DNA of 64,000 nucleotides, taken from Octopus sinensis. Its lineage: Eukaryota. How positions within the stretch are numbered: the first letter of the stretch is position 1; each line of letters opens with the position of its first letter. The stretch covers positions 8,680,001 through 8,744,000 of the forward strand of contig NC_043018.1 in the NCBI RefSeq assembly GCF_006345805.1, read 5' to 3'. Shown here piece by piece: positions 12,440 to 26,047 of the stretch. Position numbers and translations under genes: made by a program. The notes beneath the pieces were generated by a model. It was not told the origin of the DNA and made no database searches. It saw only the letters and a program-made list of their open reading frames with translations.

Positions 12440-13802
12440 GTGGGCATATAATGTAATAATGTACATAATTTTCCTCCTTTGACACTAAAACTCTGCTTGC
12501 GAAGACCTGTTGAGGCAAGTGAAATCAATCAATCAAAAGCAAAATCAAAATCAAATTGATGACTGGCGCCCGTGCTAGCAGGGTGCAAAGAGCACCATTT
12601 GAGTGTGATCGTTACCAAAGTCGCCTTACTGGCACCTGTGCTGGTGGCATGTGTAAAAGGATTCGAGTGAGGTCATTGCCATTACTGCCTGACTGGTCCC
12701 TGTGCCGGTAGCACGTAAAAAGCACCTACTACACTCTCGGAGTGGTTGGCGTTAGGAAGGGCATCCAGCTGTAGAAACTCTGCCAAATCAAGACTGGAGC
12801 CTGGTGCAGCCATCTGGTTCGCCAGCCCTCAGTCAAAATTGTCCAACCCATGCTAGCATGGAAAGCGGACGTTAAATGATGATGATGATTATGTATTATA
12901 CTAGTTGTCAGGATTGCATTTTAATTTGGGCCTCTTGCAACTTCAACATTTTTATTTCCAAAAATTAGAATCAGATTAGATTATCAATTAAATAAATTAG
13001 TACTGACTGACAGGTAATACTATGGACTGTTTTTTTATTCTTTTACTTGTTTCGGTCATTGAACCAAGGCCATGCTGGAGTACTGTCTTGAAGGATTTTA
13101 GTTGATCCTATTGATCCCCCTAGCCCTAACCCCTGCACTTATTTTTAAATCTTAGACTTAGTGATCTCTGTAACACTCCAAAGTTATGGAACATAAACAC
13201 AGACACCATTTTATTAAGTGCTGTAAATGTTCACACAGACACAGAAGACTATCTCCCCCACTACATCCACACATGTTGCAGGCTTCCACCTAGTTTCCTT
13301 CTAACATTTTTACTCCCAAGCATTGGTCAACTTGAGATTATAATAGAAGATATTTTTCCAAGGTGGGACTGAACCTGAGACCACATGGTTATGAAGCAAA
13401 CTTCTTTACCACAATTTACCCATAAAATTTCTATTTTGAGCAACTTTCTAACTCACACTGCTGCATTTTTCTGAGAATTTTGGTTCAACTTTTTCTAGAA
13501 ATTGAATTCATTATTGATACGCTGATAATGGTGATCTTTGACATTGTTTGGGGAGGACTGTAATCAACTAAGTCCACTCCTCTCCACTCCCTCCCCAATA
13601 TATGATTGATACATCATCATCATCATCATCATCATCGTTTAACGTCCGCTTTCCATGCTAGCATGGGTTGGACGGTTCAACTGGGGTCTGGCAAGCCCGA
13701 AGGCTGCACCAGGCCAGTCAGATCTGGCAGTGTTTCTACAGCTGGATGCCCTTCCTAACGCCAACCACTAGGAAGGGCATCCAGATATTATTATTATTAT
13801 TG

Positions 13803-14175
13803 TGGAGGCGCAATGGCCCAGTGGTTAGGGCAGCGGACTCGCGGTTTCGATTCCCAGACCGGGCGTTGTGAGTGTTTATTGAGCGCAAACACCGAAAAGC
13901 TCCACGAGGCTCCGGCAGGGGATGGTGGTGATCCCTGCTGTACTCTTTCACCACAACTTTCTCTCGCTCTTTCTTCCTGTTTCTGTTGTACCTGTATTTC
14001 AAAGGGCCGGCCTTGTCACTCTCTGTGTCACGCTGAATATCCCTGAGAACTACGTTAAGGGTGCACGTGTCTGTGGAGTGCTCGGCCACTTACACGTTAA
14101 TTTCACGAGCAGGCTGTTCCGTTGATTCGGATCAACCGGAACCCTCGTCGTCGTAACCGACGGAGTGCTTCCATT
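13803..14175 (+). mobile_element. tRNA(Arg)-like SINE (head tggaggcgcaatggcccagtggttag), tail type 1
   Basis: A box tggcccagtgg, B box gtttcgattcc; 5' part shared with 41981. Confidence 0.75.
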
Positions 14176-15024
14176 CCATTATTATTATTATTATTGAAGG
14201 CGATGAACTAGCAGAATTGTTAGCGCACCAGTCAAAATGTTTAGTGGTGTTTTGTCCATCCTTACATTCTGAGTTCAAATTCCACCAAGGTTGACTTTGC
14301 CTTTCATCCTTTTGGGGTTGATGAAAATAAGTACCAGTTATGCACTGGGGTCGATGTAATCAACTTACCCCCTCCTCCAAAATTTCAGGCCTTGTGCCTA
14401 TAGTAGAAAGGATTGTTATTATTATTATTATTATTATTATGTGGTGGATTGGCAAAATCGTTTGAATGTTGGACAAACTTCTTTACAGAATTTCTTCAGA
14501 CTGTTTACTTTCTGAGTTCAAATGCTCATCTGTCTCTCTTGTCTGGTCTGTGGTGACAGTTACATATACTGCACCTCCTTGAATCCTTTATAAATATAAA
14601 ACATTGTCATCTCCTAACATTAGTTTCTCCTTTTAAATAATCCCATCATTCATCATTATTGGCTTCAATCAGAAAACCTTTATTCTAGACATAAAGAATC
14701 CCTCCTGCAGGGGTCAGCAAGCTCTTTGTGTAATGGCCCACTTTGAATTTGTAATTTTATATTATCTCCCATAGATCACATGTATATCTTTCATCTAAAA
14801 ATACCCTCGTCTGTATCCCACTTTTTCCATTGATGGTAATGTGTATATTTTCCCATCCTACCAATTGTGACACAAGAGATGATTATCTGCGTTGACTGCT
14901 TAATGGTCTACAAATAAATTAAATTTGAAAAGCTTTTAGAGAAGGCCTGCAGAGAACACCTTATGGGTTGTAAGCTGCTTGTTGGTCACTCGTGCCTTGT
15001 AGATTACCAGATAAAGGGATTTCC

Positions 15025-15254
15025 TTAACTCTTTCGTTACCATATTTATTTTGAGATGCTCTGTGTTTCTTTCAATTAATTTTAAATATAACAAAAAATT
15101 TAGTAAAATAACTTAGTTATCATTCAGCTAGTGTTAGGAACATAAATTGTGACTAAGGTTTGGTGGAAGATTTTAATTCAAAACTTATGAAAATAAGATA
15201 TTTGTACTATAGAGCCAGAGGCGGTTTCAGACGGTTTAGTATCAAAAGGATTAA
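15025..15254 (+). mobile_element. piggyBac-like MITE family A
   Basis: TTAA flanks, about 230 bp, same internal sequence as other copies. Confidence 0.75.
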
Positions 15255-15404
15255 TCTGCATTAGGGTCCTTATCCATTACGGGATAAAAGTGATTTTCTT
15301 TAACGTGTGCAAACAGTTGCTTATCATTGTCTTTTTTTTTTATAAGATATCCAGAAATGATACATTTTCACTAATATTTAACCATTTTTGTTCTTTTGCT
15401 CCAG

Positions 15405-15490
15405 GACAAGGTTGTCCTCACGTAAACAAGGCTGTGAATTTTGCAGCTATGAAGAAATCATTGCTGAAGGAAAAATTTGGAATTTGCAAA
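15405..15490 (+). CDS. USP16/USP45: USP16/45 exon 2 (GQGCPHVNKAVNFAAMKKSLLKEKFGICK), start of ZnF-UBP
   Basis: ttttgctccag acceptor, AAA|gtatgt donor, phase 1 to 0, CPH motif. Confidence 0.9.
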
Positions 15491-16208
15491 GTATGTAGCA
15501 AAACAAAGTTGTGTATGTTTGAGTGGAATGTTTCAGTTGAGTTTTTGATAGAAGTCTGTGACCATTTTATGTTTAAGTTCTGATTAGACATTTATCTGTG
15601 AAAGACATCTACATTGCCTTTGTAGATGTGTGTGTGTGCATGTGAGCAAGTTTATATATATTTCTGTGTGTGTAAAATTGTATTCAAATAAAGGTACACA
15701 TCATGTGTATGTAAAACTTTAATTGCAATTTTGATATGTATGTGTGTGTGAAAGATACTGTATATGTAAAAACATCTTTTATTTGTGAGTTTGTGTGCAT
15801 ATATACTTGTGAATGAGTATTTATAAGTGTGTGTGTACATGTGAATGTGTTTCTATAAGCGTGTGCATATATTTCGTTTTTGGATTTGGTTTGCAAGATT
15901 CTTTATATGAGTTCGTGTGTTGAAGCATATTCTGTTGTTTCTGGGGAGAGTCATTCTCTTTTAGTGCCTTATTATTTAACACACTCACCGCTAAAATTTC
16001 CACCTATTTCTTATTTTTATTTTCTAAAATTTTCTTGAGAGTCAAGACTATTGAAAAGGTTGCAACATGCAACAAAAATTTTAGAAAATAAAAATAAGAA
16101 ATAAGTGGAAATTTTAGCGGTGTGTGTGTATATGTTTATGGTTTTATCTTTCAATCATTTGTAAAGATCCATCAAGAAATGATGCGAATGTTGTTTCTCC
16201 CTAAACAG

Positions 16209-16316
16209 GACTGTCCCAAGAAGACTGAGAATAAGAAAATTTCCGACACTTCACTGGCTGTAAACGGAGATGATTACGAAGGAACATTGTGGGTTTGTCT
16301 TCTATGTGGAAATCAG
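16209..16316 (+). CDS. USP16/USP45: USP16/45 exon 3 (DCPKK...LWVCLLCGNQ)
   Basis: ctaaacag acceptor, CAG|gtgatg donor, phase 0-0, WxCLxCG motif of ZnF-UBP. Confidence 0.9.
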
Positions 16317-17256
16317 GTGATGGATTAGTATTCTTTTATTACTTCAGTTGCTCTTCAACACAGTTTTTAGAATCATCATTGGAGTCCTTAGAAACACACA
16401 TACACTGTGTTAACACAGTTTGTAGTATGTTAGTTCACTCAGCTGTAGAAATGAGTTGCAATGTCACAGGTGCCAAGCTGTATTGGCCTTGCCTTTCCCT
16501 TGGATAACACTGGTGATGGGAGAGGGGAGGCCAGTATACATGGGTGACTGCTGGTCTTCCATAAAACAATCTTGCCCAGACTTGTGCCTCAGACGGTAAC
16601 TTTCTAGGTGCAAGCCCATGATCAGTGTCTGACCGAAGGGGGTCGCAAAAAAAAAAAAGTATGTTAGTTGATGTGCATACCACTTGGCCAGCACCCTTGT
16701 TGGTGTCATGTATAAAGCACTCAGCACACTCTGTGAAGTGGTTTGGCATTAAGAAGTGCTCCCGGCTGTAGAAACCATGTGAAAACAATTGGAGCTTGGT
16801 GCAGCTTGCCAGCCCCTGTCAAACTGTCCAACCCATGCCAGCACGGAAAACAGATGCTAAATAATGATGATGGTGATGATGATGACATGAAGCAGTGTTG
16901 AATAAAATGTATTCATTTTAAAGTTGCATTTAACGTTTGAGTGCGTTTGTATTATTTTGTGTTAATCAAGCTGTGAACATCAGATTTGGTGTCCATTGCT
17001 GACAAAGTGAAAAGATGTAGAAAGACATGCATCCTACATCTGATGACAAATTTCAAAGCCCTAAATATGTTTTCACACATGTTGAAGAGGAGAATTTTCT
17101 CTCGGGATATCTGCAAAGGAATCTCTTCTTGCACTTCAATACATTCAATTGTTAAATGTGACTGTGAATAGTCTTTATTCTATGCTGCTTTGCATGACAT
17201 TATTTATTTAATCCTAGCTTGACCAAGCCTCATGCACATCAGCAAACATATTGTTT

Positions 17257-17823
17257 TCATCATCGTTTAGCGTCCGCTTTCCATGCTAGCATGGGTTGGA
17301 CGGTTCAACTGGGGTCTGGGAAGCCAGAAGGCTGCACCAGGTCCAGTCTGATCTGGCAATGTTTCTATGGCTGGATGCCCTTCCTAACGCCAACCACTCC
17401 GTGAGTGTAGTGGGTGCTTTTTACGTGCCACCGGCACAGGTGCCAGACGAGGCTGGCAACGGCCACGATCGGATGGTGCTTTTTTCGTGCCACCTGCACA
17501 CGGGGCCAGACGAGGCTGGCAACGCCCATATTCGGATGGTGCTTTTTAATAAGAATAATTTTGTTCTTATCAATCCTTGACTGGCTTCCATGCCAGTGGC
17601 ACATAAAAAGCACCAACCGATCGTGGCCGTTTGCCAGCCTCGCCTGGCACCTGTGCCGGTGGCACTTAAAAAGCACCCACTACACTCACGGAGTGGTTGG
17701 CGTTAGAAGGGCATCCAGCTGTAGAAACACTGCCAGATCAAGACTGGAGCCTGGTGCAGCCATCTGGCTTCCAGACCCCAGTTGAACCGTCCAACCCATG
17801 CTAGCATGAAAAACGGACGTTAA
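17257..17823. mobile_element. Closely spaced inverted pair of (GAT)n-tailed retroposon copies
   Basis: 17257-17547 versus 17590-17823, high identity in opposite orientation. Confidence 0.78.
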
Positions 17824-18449
17824 ACAAAAAGGAAAGGAAAAAGGAAGCTGTGGACGACATTTGATATTTGTTGCTGAAAAATTGTAAAGATGCAAAAATG
17901 CTTGTGTCCTATGATCCAGTGATGCTGTTCACAGCCCAAGATGTATTTCCACACGTGTCCAGGAGGAAAATTTTCCTCTGGGAATATTTCCATAACAGCA
18001 GGTCTTCTCACACAAGGACTGTCCAAAGCCTTGTGAGTGGATTTGGTAGATGGAACTCCATCACATTTGTGTCTTCCTGTCTTTACATTGTGTGATTGTT
18101 ATGAATGATTGCTATTCATTTCCAGTATTCTATGGAAATGTATCTGGTCATGGGGGAAATATTACCTTATTTGGAAACTGGTAAGGGTTAGCTACAGGAA
18201 AGGCATCTGACTGTAAAAAATCTACTGCAATAAACTCTGCTGATCCATGCAAGCATGGAATATTGGACGTTAAGAACGATGATGATGATGTGGATGGGTA
18301 TCTAGTCTCATCCATGGCTTCCATCTCTTGGATTTTAGCATCCGTCTGGACTCACTTCCTTGATTCACTAATTTTTTTTTTTGTTTTTATGTATGTATCT
18401 GTTTGTGTTTTTTTTCTTGCCATATTTATTTCTGTCTCTTCTTCTTCAG

Positions 18450-18550
18450 GGCTGTGATCGAAACTCCACCAGTAAACATGCTTTGAAACATTATGAAAAT
18501 TCTCATTCATGTCACTTCATTGTCATTAACACAACATCGTGGACTGCATG
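18450..18550 (+). CDS. USP16/USP45: USP16/45 exon 4 (GCDRNSTSKHALKHYENSHSCHFIVINTTSWTAW)
   Basis: cttcttcag acceptor, TG|gtaagt donor, GCxR...HALKH zinc ligands. Confidence 0.92.
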
Positions 18551-19117
18551 GTAAGTTTAAGAGTTACAAACACCATGTATACACATGGCTGGGTACTTAA
18601 CTAGTTTGCTTCACCGTCATCATCATCATCATCTTCATCATTTCATGACCATTCTCCATATTGGCATGGGTTGGACAGTTTGACTGGAACCAATAAACCA
18701 TAGTAGTGTGCCAGGCTCCAGTGTCAGCTTTGGCATGGTTTCTATGGCTGGAGGCTCCTCCTAATACCAACAACTTTACAAGGTATGCAGGGGTGCTTTT
18801 TAAGTGGCACCAGCACCAGTGAGGTTACCAGGTAATTCACAAGACCTGATCACTCAAAAGAGGTGGGTGCGATGTATTGCGGGAGGTGGCTTTGTGCCAG
18901 GTGATGACAGGGACAAGGTGGTAAATCAATAAATAATTGTTTTTTTTTTAAATTTTCAAAATGTAAAATAACCGTAAAAACATTTACAGTTCATAATTTT
19001 TTTCTTTTTCCATTTTCATACAAAATCTCGGTTGTTTCATTCTGTTGCCTAACTTTTTAAAAATTTATACTCTTTTTTAATTATGATATAATAATTTCAA
19101 TTCTGCTCTTTTTACAG

Positions 19118-19221
19118 GTGTTACGTATGTGATGATGAAGTACCTGTTGAAAAAAATAAAAAAATTATGGAGTGTTTAGATTTTCTGAAGAAAGAAGCTG
19201 GTATTTCTAATTTAGATTCTG
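19118..19221 (+). CDS. USP16/USP45: USP16/45 exon 5 (CYVCDDEVPVEKNKKIMECLDFLKKEAGISNLDS)
   Basis: tttttacag acceptor, G|gtgagt donor, completes WCYxCD motif, phase 2 to 1. Confidence 0.92.
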
Positions 19222-20474
19222 GTGAGTTTTTATATGGGGTTCACTGGATTTGTTTTCTTCTCTTTTTCTTTCATCTGTTCGAATTTTCTCCATTTGCTGT
19301 CATCTGTTCGGGGTCGATAAACAAAGTACCAGTTACGCACTGGGGTCGATGTAATCGACTTAATCCGTTTGTCTGTCCTTGTTGGCCCCTCTATGTTTAG
19401 CCCCTTGTGGGCAATAAAGAAATTTATTTCTGTGAGGGTCATGGGGGTGGAGTCCTCTGCATTCTTTGAAAGCTTTGAGTGTATCTCTATGGTGATTAGC
19501 TTTTCTTTCAGTATTTCCTAGTAAGATGCAAGTGTAGCTTTACTTGAGATTGGCTTCTCTTTGAGTATGTTCTTGAGTGTGTGAACAACTAAAATCATCA
19601 TCATTGTTTAATGTCCGCTTTCCATGCTGACATGGGTCGGATGGTTTGACTGAGGACTGGCAAGGTAGGAGGCTGCACCATGCTCCAGTCTGATCTGGCA
19701 AGGTTTCTACAGCTGGATGCCCTTCTTAACACCACCCACTCTGAGAGTGCTTTTTACATGCCACCAGTACAGGAGCTAGTTAGGTGGCATTGGCATCGAT
19801 CACGCTTGTACGGTGCTTTTTTTAAAAAATAAATACAATATCTGGCAACAACCAGCTAAGATATTGGTAGTTTGTATCTTGTTATCTGTGACTACTTAAG
19901 CTCCTTGACTCTGCTTATTCACTCCTTCCTGACTCTCCTTAGCTTCTCCTCCTGCTTGACTTTATTTACTCTTCACTCTCAACTTTACTTACCCAACTCT
20001 CTTGACTCCACTTAGCTCCCTGCCAACTCAAATTAGCTCTTTCAGTCTTGATTAATAACTATTTCTTTATTACCCACAAGGGGCTAAACACAGAGGGGAC
20101 AAACAAGGACAGACATAGGTATTAAGTCGATTACATCGACACCAGTGCGTAACTGGTACTTAATTTATCGACCCCGATAGGATGAAAGGCAAAGTTGACC
20201 TCGGCGGAATTCTTGATTAATAACACCACAGAATGTTTCCCTCTGGCGATGATCTCTATTAGTTGTCACGGTTGTCAGACATTCGAGGCACAGTCCACCA
20301 AGTTTACTAGACGAAGGTGCACATGTAGAAACACAATGGGAATATACATAAAGCCCTAAAATACACACACACTTACTTGCTCACACTCATACATGTACAC
20401 ATACACTCATACCCCCTCCCCCTCTCTCTCTCAAATTCTATTGGTCCTCAAGATGCGTTTTCTCTCTTTTACAG

Positions 20475-20575
20475 TTCAGAAAGATTCTTCGTTGCAGTCA
20501 CTCAATGATAGCAAACGGAACAAGACCAAAACAGCTTCAAAGTTAACAAACAGTGCATTGAATGTACGAATCAAG
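20475..20575 (+). CDS. USP16/USP45: USP16/45 exon 6, linker (VQKDSSLQSLNDSKRNKTKTASKLTNSALNVRIK)
   Basis: ctctcttttacag acceptor, AAG|gtagat donor, phase 1 to 0 bridges exons 5 and 7. Confidence 0.82.
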
Positions 20576-23500
20576 GTAGATATATATGTATATATTTGTA
20601 GATCTATTCTTTCTTTTCTTTTTTTTTCTTTTATTTTGTTTCAGTCATTTGACTGTGGCCATGCTGGAGCACCGCCTTTAGTCGAGCAAACCGACCTCAG
20701 GACTTATTCTTTGTAAGCCTAGTACTTATTCTATCGGTCTCTTTTGCCAAACCGCTAAGTTACGGGGACGTAAACACACCAGCATTGGTTGTCGAGCAAT
20801 GTTGGTGGGACAAACAGACACACAAAACATACACACCTGTATAGATATATATATATACATGATGGGCTTCTTTCAGTTTCCGTCTACCAAATCCACTCAC
20901 AAGGCTTTGGTCAACCCGAGGCTATAGTAGATGACACTTGCTCAAGGTGCCACGCAGTGGAACTGAACCCAGAACCATGTGGTTGGTAAGCAAGCTACTT
21001 ACCACACAGCCACTCCATTATCAATTTAAGTTTGTTTTTCCATACCTGTGTCGGTTACACCAGCCTTTTGCAGCACATACATGACATTGAACATCCTGAG
21101 ATCAATCTTCACAACTTCTTCCCACCCATATCTTCTCCTCCACTTCCACAGACTTCTTTTTAGTTCTCTTATTTGCCATTTCTTGACTCATCTGTTATCT
21201 TTCATCTGTTCACATATCCCCTACAGTCTTCCCTCAAGCACTCTACAGTTGACTGCTTTTCATCATCATCATCATCATTTAATGTCTGTTGTCCATGCTG
21301 GCATGGGTTGGACAGTTTGACCAGAGCTGGCAAGCTGCCCCAGACCCCAGTCTGATTTGGCATGGTTTCTACAGCTGGATGCTCTTCTTAATGCCAACCA
21401 CTTTCCCAGAGTATGGTTGGGTGCTCTTACATGACACTACATAGACACTCTTATGTGGTACTGCACAGACACTTTTATGTGGCACTGCGGGGGCTCCTTT
21501 ATGTGACACCACATGGATACTTTTACGTGATGCCATACAGGTGCATTTATGTGGTGCCACCACAAGTGCTTAACACCACCAGCAGGAGTGGTCTGAATGT
21601 CATTTAACATTTGTTTTCCCTGCTGGCATGGGTTGGACAGTTTGGCAAGATCTGGTGAGCCGCAGGGCTGTGTCAAGCTACAGTGTCATGTTTGGTATGG
21701 CATTCTACAGCAGAATGCCCTTACAGGTGCCAACGCTTTACAGTGTGTACTGGTTGCTGTTTTTCATGCCACTGGCATTAGTAAAATCACCAAGCAAGTT
21801 GCAAGACACAAAAAGAAAAGGAAAAAGGAAAAATCCTCTTGACTAAATGAGGCAGAGTAGTATTTGAGACGGTGGAGTGCAGTGGTTTTGTGCCAGGTTT
21901 CAAGAGACCAAAGTATGTAGAGGGACAGGTGCCTTGCTATAGAGGAGATGCATGGCTACCCTGCATTTTGTAAGGGTGGGTAGGAGTTGCTGGAAAGGAG
22001 ATAGAAAGAAGATATTTTTACCTCCAGCTCACTTGTTCACCATCTTTCATCTCCATACATCCAACAAAGCATGCTATTTCTATCCCAGTCTTCACAAACC
22101 CTCCACTTTCAATGCCCAAATTTCTCCCCTCCATCAGGCAACATTGCACTTTGTACACAAGCATCATACAGTCTGCTGTTACAGGAGAAAGCTCTTCGTT
22201 GTTAACACTGAATTTTTCCATCCTATTTTCACTATGGCTTCTATGCTTTCAGACTCACCATCTCCTACGGTTGGTTAGGTCACCTAAATTACAGAAGCCA
22301 TCATCTATTTCTAGGCATTTCAAATAATTCCTCCTCCTTACTATACCTACTCATCTACACACAAAGTATTTCTCTTTCAACTTGCCTGTGTTTCCACCTC
22401 ATCTCTTATATACCTTACGAACCACATGGTTTGTTTCTTGCTTACGAACCACATGGTTCCAGGTTCAATCCCACTGCGTAGCACCTTGGGAAAGTATCTT
22501 CTACTATAGCCTCGGGCCGACCAAAGCCCTGTGAGTGGATTTGGTAGACGGAAACTGAAAAAAGCCCGTCGTATATATGTATATATATATGTGTATGTTT
22601 ATGTGTTGTGCCCCCCCCCCCCGTAACTTAGCGGTTCGGCAAAAGAAACCGATAGAATATGTACTAGGCTTACAAAGAATAAGTCCTGGGGCCGATTTCC
22701 TCGACTAAAGGCGGTGCTCCAGCATGGCCGCACTCAAATGACTGAAACAAGTAAATGAGTATACCTATAGTTTAGAGGGGTACATCTACAGTATAGAATT
22801 CCACCCTACTCCTTCCCCACATTATTGAGCACGGTCCTTCCCACTGGACAGGAGAGAGTCCTGTCTACTTCCTTGTTAACAGATCTTTGCTAGGTTTACT
22901 CTATGGCATCTTCAGTTTTGATTCTGCTTCCAGAATTTCTTCTCTTAATCATCATCATCTTCATCATCATCATTTAACATCTACTTTCCATGCTAGCATG
23001 GGTTGGACGATTTGACTAAGGTCTGGCGAACCAGACTCCAATCTGATCTGGCAGAGTTTCTACAGCTTGATGCCCTTCCTAATGCCAACCACTCCGAGAG
23101 TGTAGTGGGTGCTTTTACGTGCCACTGGCACGAGGGCCAATTTGGTGGTACTGGGAACGGCCATGCCCAAATGGTGCTTTTTACGTGCCACCTGCACAGG
23201 AGCCAGTCCAGCGGCACTGGCAACGACCTTGCTCGAATGTTTCACGTGCCACCAGCACAAGTGCTAGTAAGGCGATGCGGTAACGATCACACTTGAATGG
23301 TGTGCTTAACGTGCCATCGGCATGGAGGCCAGCTTGTTGCTCTGGCAACGACCTCACTTGTATGGTACTCTTAGCGCTCCACTAGCAACAGATGCCAGTC
23401 ATTGAATTTGATTTCGACTTCGATTTCACTTGCCTCAACTGGTCTTCACAAGCACAGTTTAGTGTGCAATGAAGAAAAGGTACGCACAAGTGGACTGGTT

Positions 23501-23973
23501 AAAGCTCTTCAACAAATTCAGCTATGAGAATATATGTGTGTGTATATATATATATATATAAATGCATATTCACATTAATATGGAGATGCAAATGTGGGAT
23601 ATGAAACATGTAATTAACCTGAAAAATGGTTCATTAATAGAACATATAATGACAATGATGCAATACTTGGGTGACCACAATTTAATATATATTACATTTA
23701 CAAGACTGATGTCTTGGTACAGGATATAATTATTAAACAATGCAAAATACTTGAGAAATATCAATGACAATGAAAGAAGTTATCATACTGGTGATAACCT
23801 GTTCTCACAGGCAACCAGTTATAGCATGGAGAAATATAAAAACAAGACAAGAAGAGTTTGAGAACCCGGGGCCCGTCTCCTTCTTCCACCAGTGTTGTTT
23901 TATAAAGTTGTTGTCTATTATTGTTGAAATCTTTTCTTTCCTCTCATGTTTTTCTGTTATTTTTTTTTTTTAG

Positions 23974-24021
23974 GGTATCAGTAACCTGGGCAACACATGT
24001 TTTTTAAATGCTGTGCTTCAG
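23974..24021 (+). CDS. USP16/USP45: USP16/45 exon 7, catalytic Cys box (GISNLGNTCFLNAVLQ)
   Basis: poly-T tag acceptor, CAG|gtaaga donor, canonical USP Cys box. Confidence 0.95.
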
Positions 24022-25885
24022 GTAAGAATTTTTTTTTCAGGTGTAGCAATTTTTGCTGCATTTGCTGTAACTAGGCAGTAACGTGGATAATAAGCATGAG
24101 ACACACACAGACAATGATGGGGATGAGGAACGTAGAGAGTCATCATCATCATCATCGTTTAACATCCGTTTTCCATGGCTCAACTGGGGTCTGGGAAGCC
24201 AGAAGGCTGCGCCAGGCCCAGTCTGATCTGGCAGTGTTTCTACAGCTTGATGCCCTTCCTAACGCCAACCACTCCGTGAGTGTAGTGGGTGCTTTTTACG
24301 TGCCACCCGCACAGGTGCCAGACAGAGCTGGCAAACGGCCACGATCGGATGGTGCTTTTTACGTGCCACTGGCACGGGAGAAATGGACAGAGGGGAAAAT
24401 TGTGTGTGAGAGAGAGAGGGGGGGGAGAAAGAGAGAAGTGGGGATCAGATTGAGATGGAAGAGAAAACAAATCTTGTGGTTTGGATGGATAGAACTCATT
24501 GGGTCGGGAAGGCAATCCATCTTAGAGAAAGAAAACTAACCTGAAGCTTCTATGCCTCGTAGCTCTTCCCAGTCATAGGAAAGATTTTAGGAATAAACTC
24601 TGAGGAGAAATCCAAAGCCAGAGTCCTTCTGGTAGCTTGATGTTATCTTCAACTTAGTTCTGGAAATTTCTATAATGAAATTGGTGTCAAGTTGTATCAG
24701 TGTTAGCCTTGATAACACTCCCCTTTCTATACCAGTGGCCTAGTGGTTAGGGTGTTGCATTCATGATCACATGATTGTGGTTTCGATTCCCAGACCATGT
24801 GACGCATTGTTTTCTTGGGCAAAACACTGTAAATGAGTTACCATGTGATGGACTGGGGCCCTGTTCAGTGGGAGTGTGACCCCAGTCACATATATGCCAT
24901 GAAGAAGAGTAACCAACCCTATGAGTCGTAGGACTGGAGACAGTAAAATGCAGGAGTCCATTATTATGGTGATGATGATGATGATGTATGGAAAGGAGAA
25001 CTTTGTCAGATGGGTAACTACTGGTCTTTCATTTAGTCTGGCACAGGCCTATATCACGTATGTATCACACAATGTATATACACAGTTGATAGGCCAGTTA
25101 CTGTAGTATTTGTCCTGAGATGGCATCTCTCAAAGACTTACTGTGTTAAAAACAATAAGTATCAGAGTGAGATGAAAATTTCTCCCAGCAGCAACCATGA
25201 AAGATGTTATCTCAGGATAAATACAACAGTAACTGGGCCTTTGACTGTGTATATACGTTATGTATGATACATAGATCGTTGTTTTAATTAAATGTTGCCT
25301 CAGTTGCATATTCCTAATTATAAATTGCCTTGTCGGTATGGAAAGGTAATGGTTAGTATAACTGATTTTGTTTTCATCGTTTAGCGTCCGCTTTCCATGC
25401 TAGCATGGGTTGGACGGTTCAACTGGGGTCTGGGAAACCAGAAGGCTGCACCAGGCCCAGTCTGATCTGGCAATGTTTCTATGGCTGGATGCCCTTCCTA
25501 ACGCCAACCACTCCGTGAGTGTAGTGGGTGCTTTTTATGTGCCACCGGCACAGGTGCCAGATGAGGCTGGCAAACGGCCACGATCGGATGGTGCTTTTTA
25601 TGCGCCACCGGCACGTAAAAATGGTTGATGGAAACTGTATGGAAGCCCATTGTATGTGTGTGTTCATATCCTGTTAGTGAATTTGTTGCCCCTTTCTGTC
25701 TCCAGTTGTTTATAATGTCTAATGTGTTTATGTCATATATTTATGATGTCATTTATGATATCTTATATGCTTATATGGTGTCTTATATGTTTATGACGTC
25801 ATGAATTTATGATGTCATAGATTATGATGTTATAAACTTCAAGAAAGGATTCAACTTTCCATTTCCCTGTCTCTTCTGCTTTCAG

Positions 25886-26047
25886 AACTTGAGTCAAACC
25901 CATGGTCTGGAAACCATTTTAAAAGATGTCAACAAGAAAAGTGCTTTGAGACTTCCTGGTTGCCAACCTATAGAAACAGATAGTTGCTCGGATATTTCAG
26001 ACGACAATTCCGATGAGGAAAATTCCAAAGATAACACACAGCGAATA
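25886..26047 (+). CDS. USP16/USP45: USP16/45 exon 8 (NLSQTHGLETIL...DNTQRI)
   Basis: ctgctttcag acceptor; NLSQT follows the Cys box as in USP16; donor ATA|gtatgt, phase 0. Confidence 0.87.
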
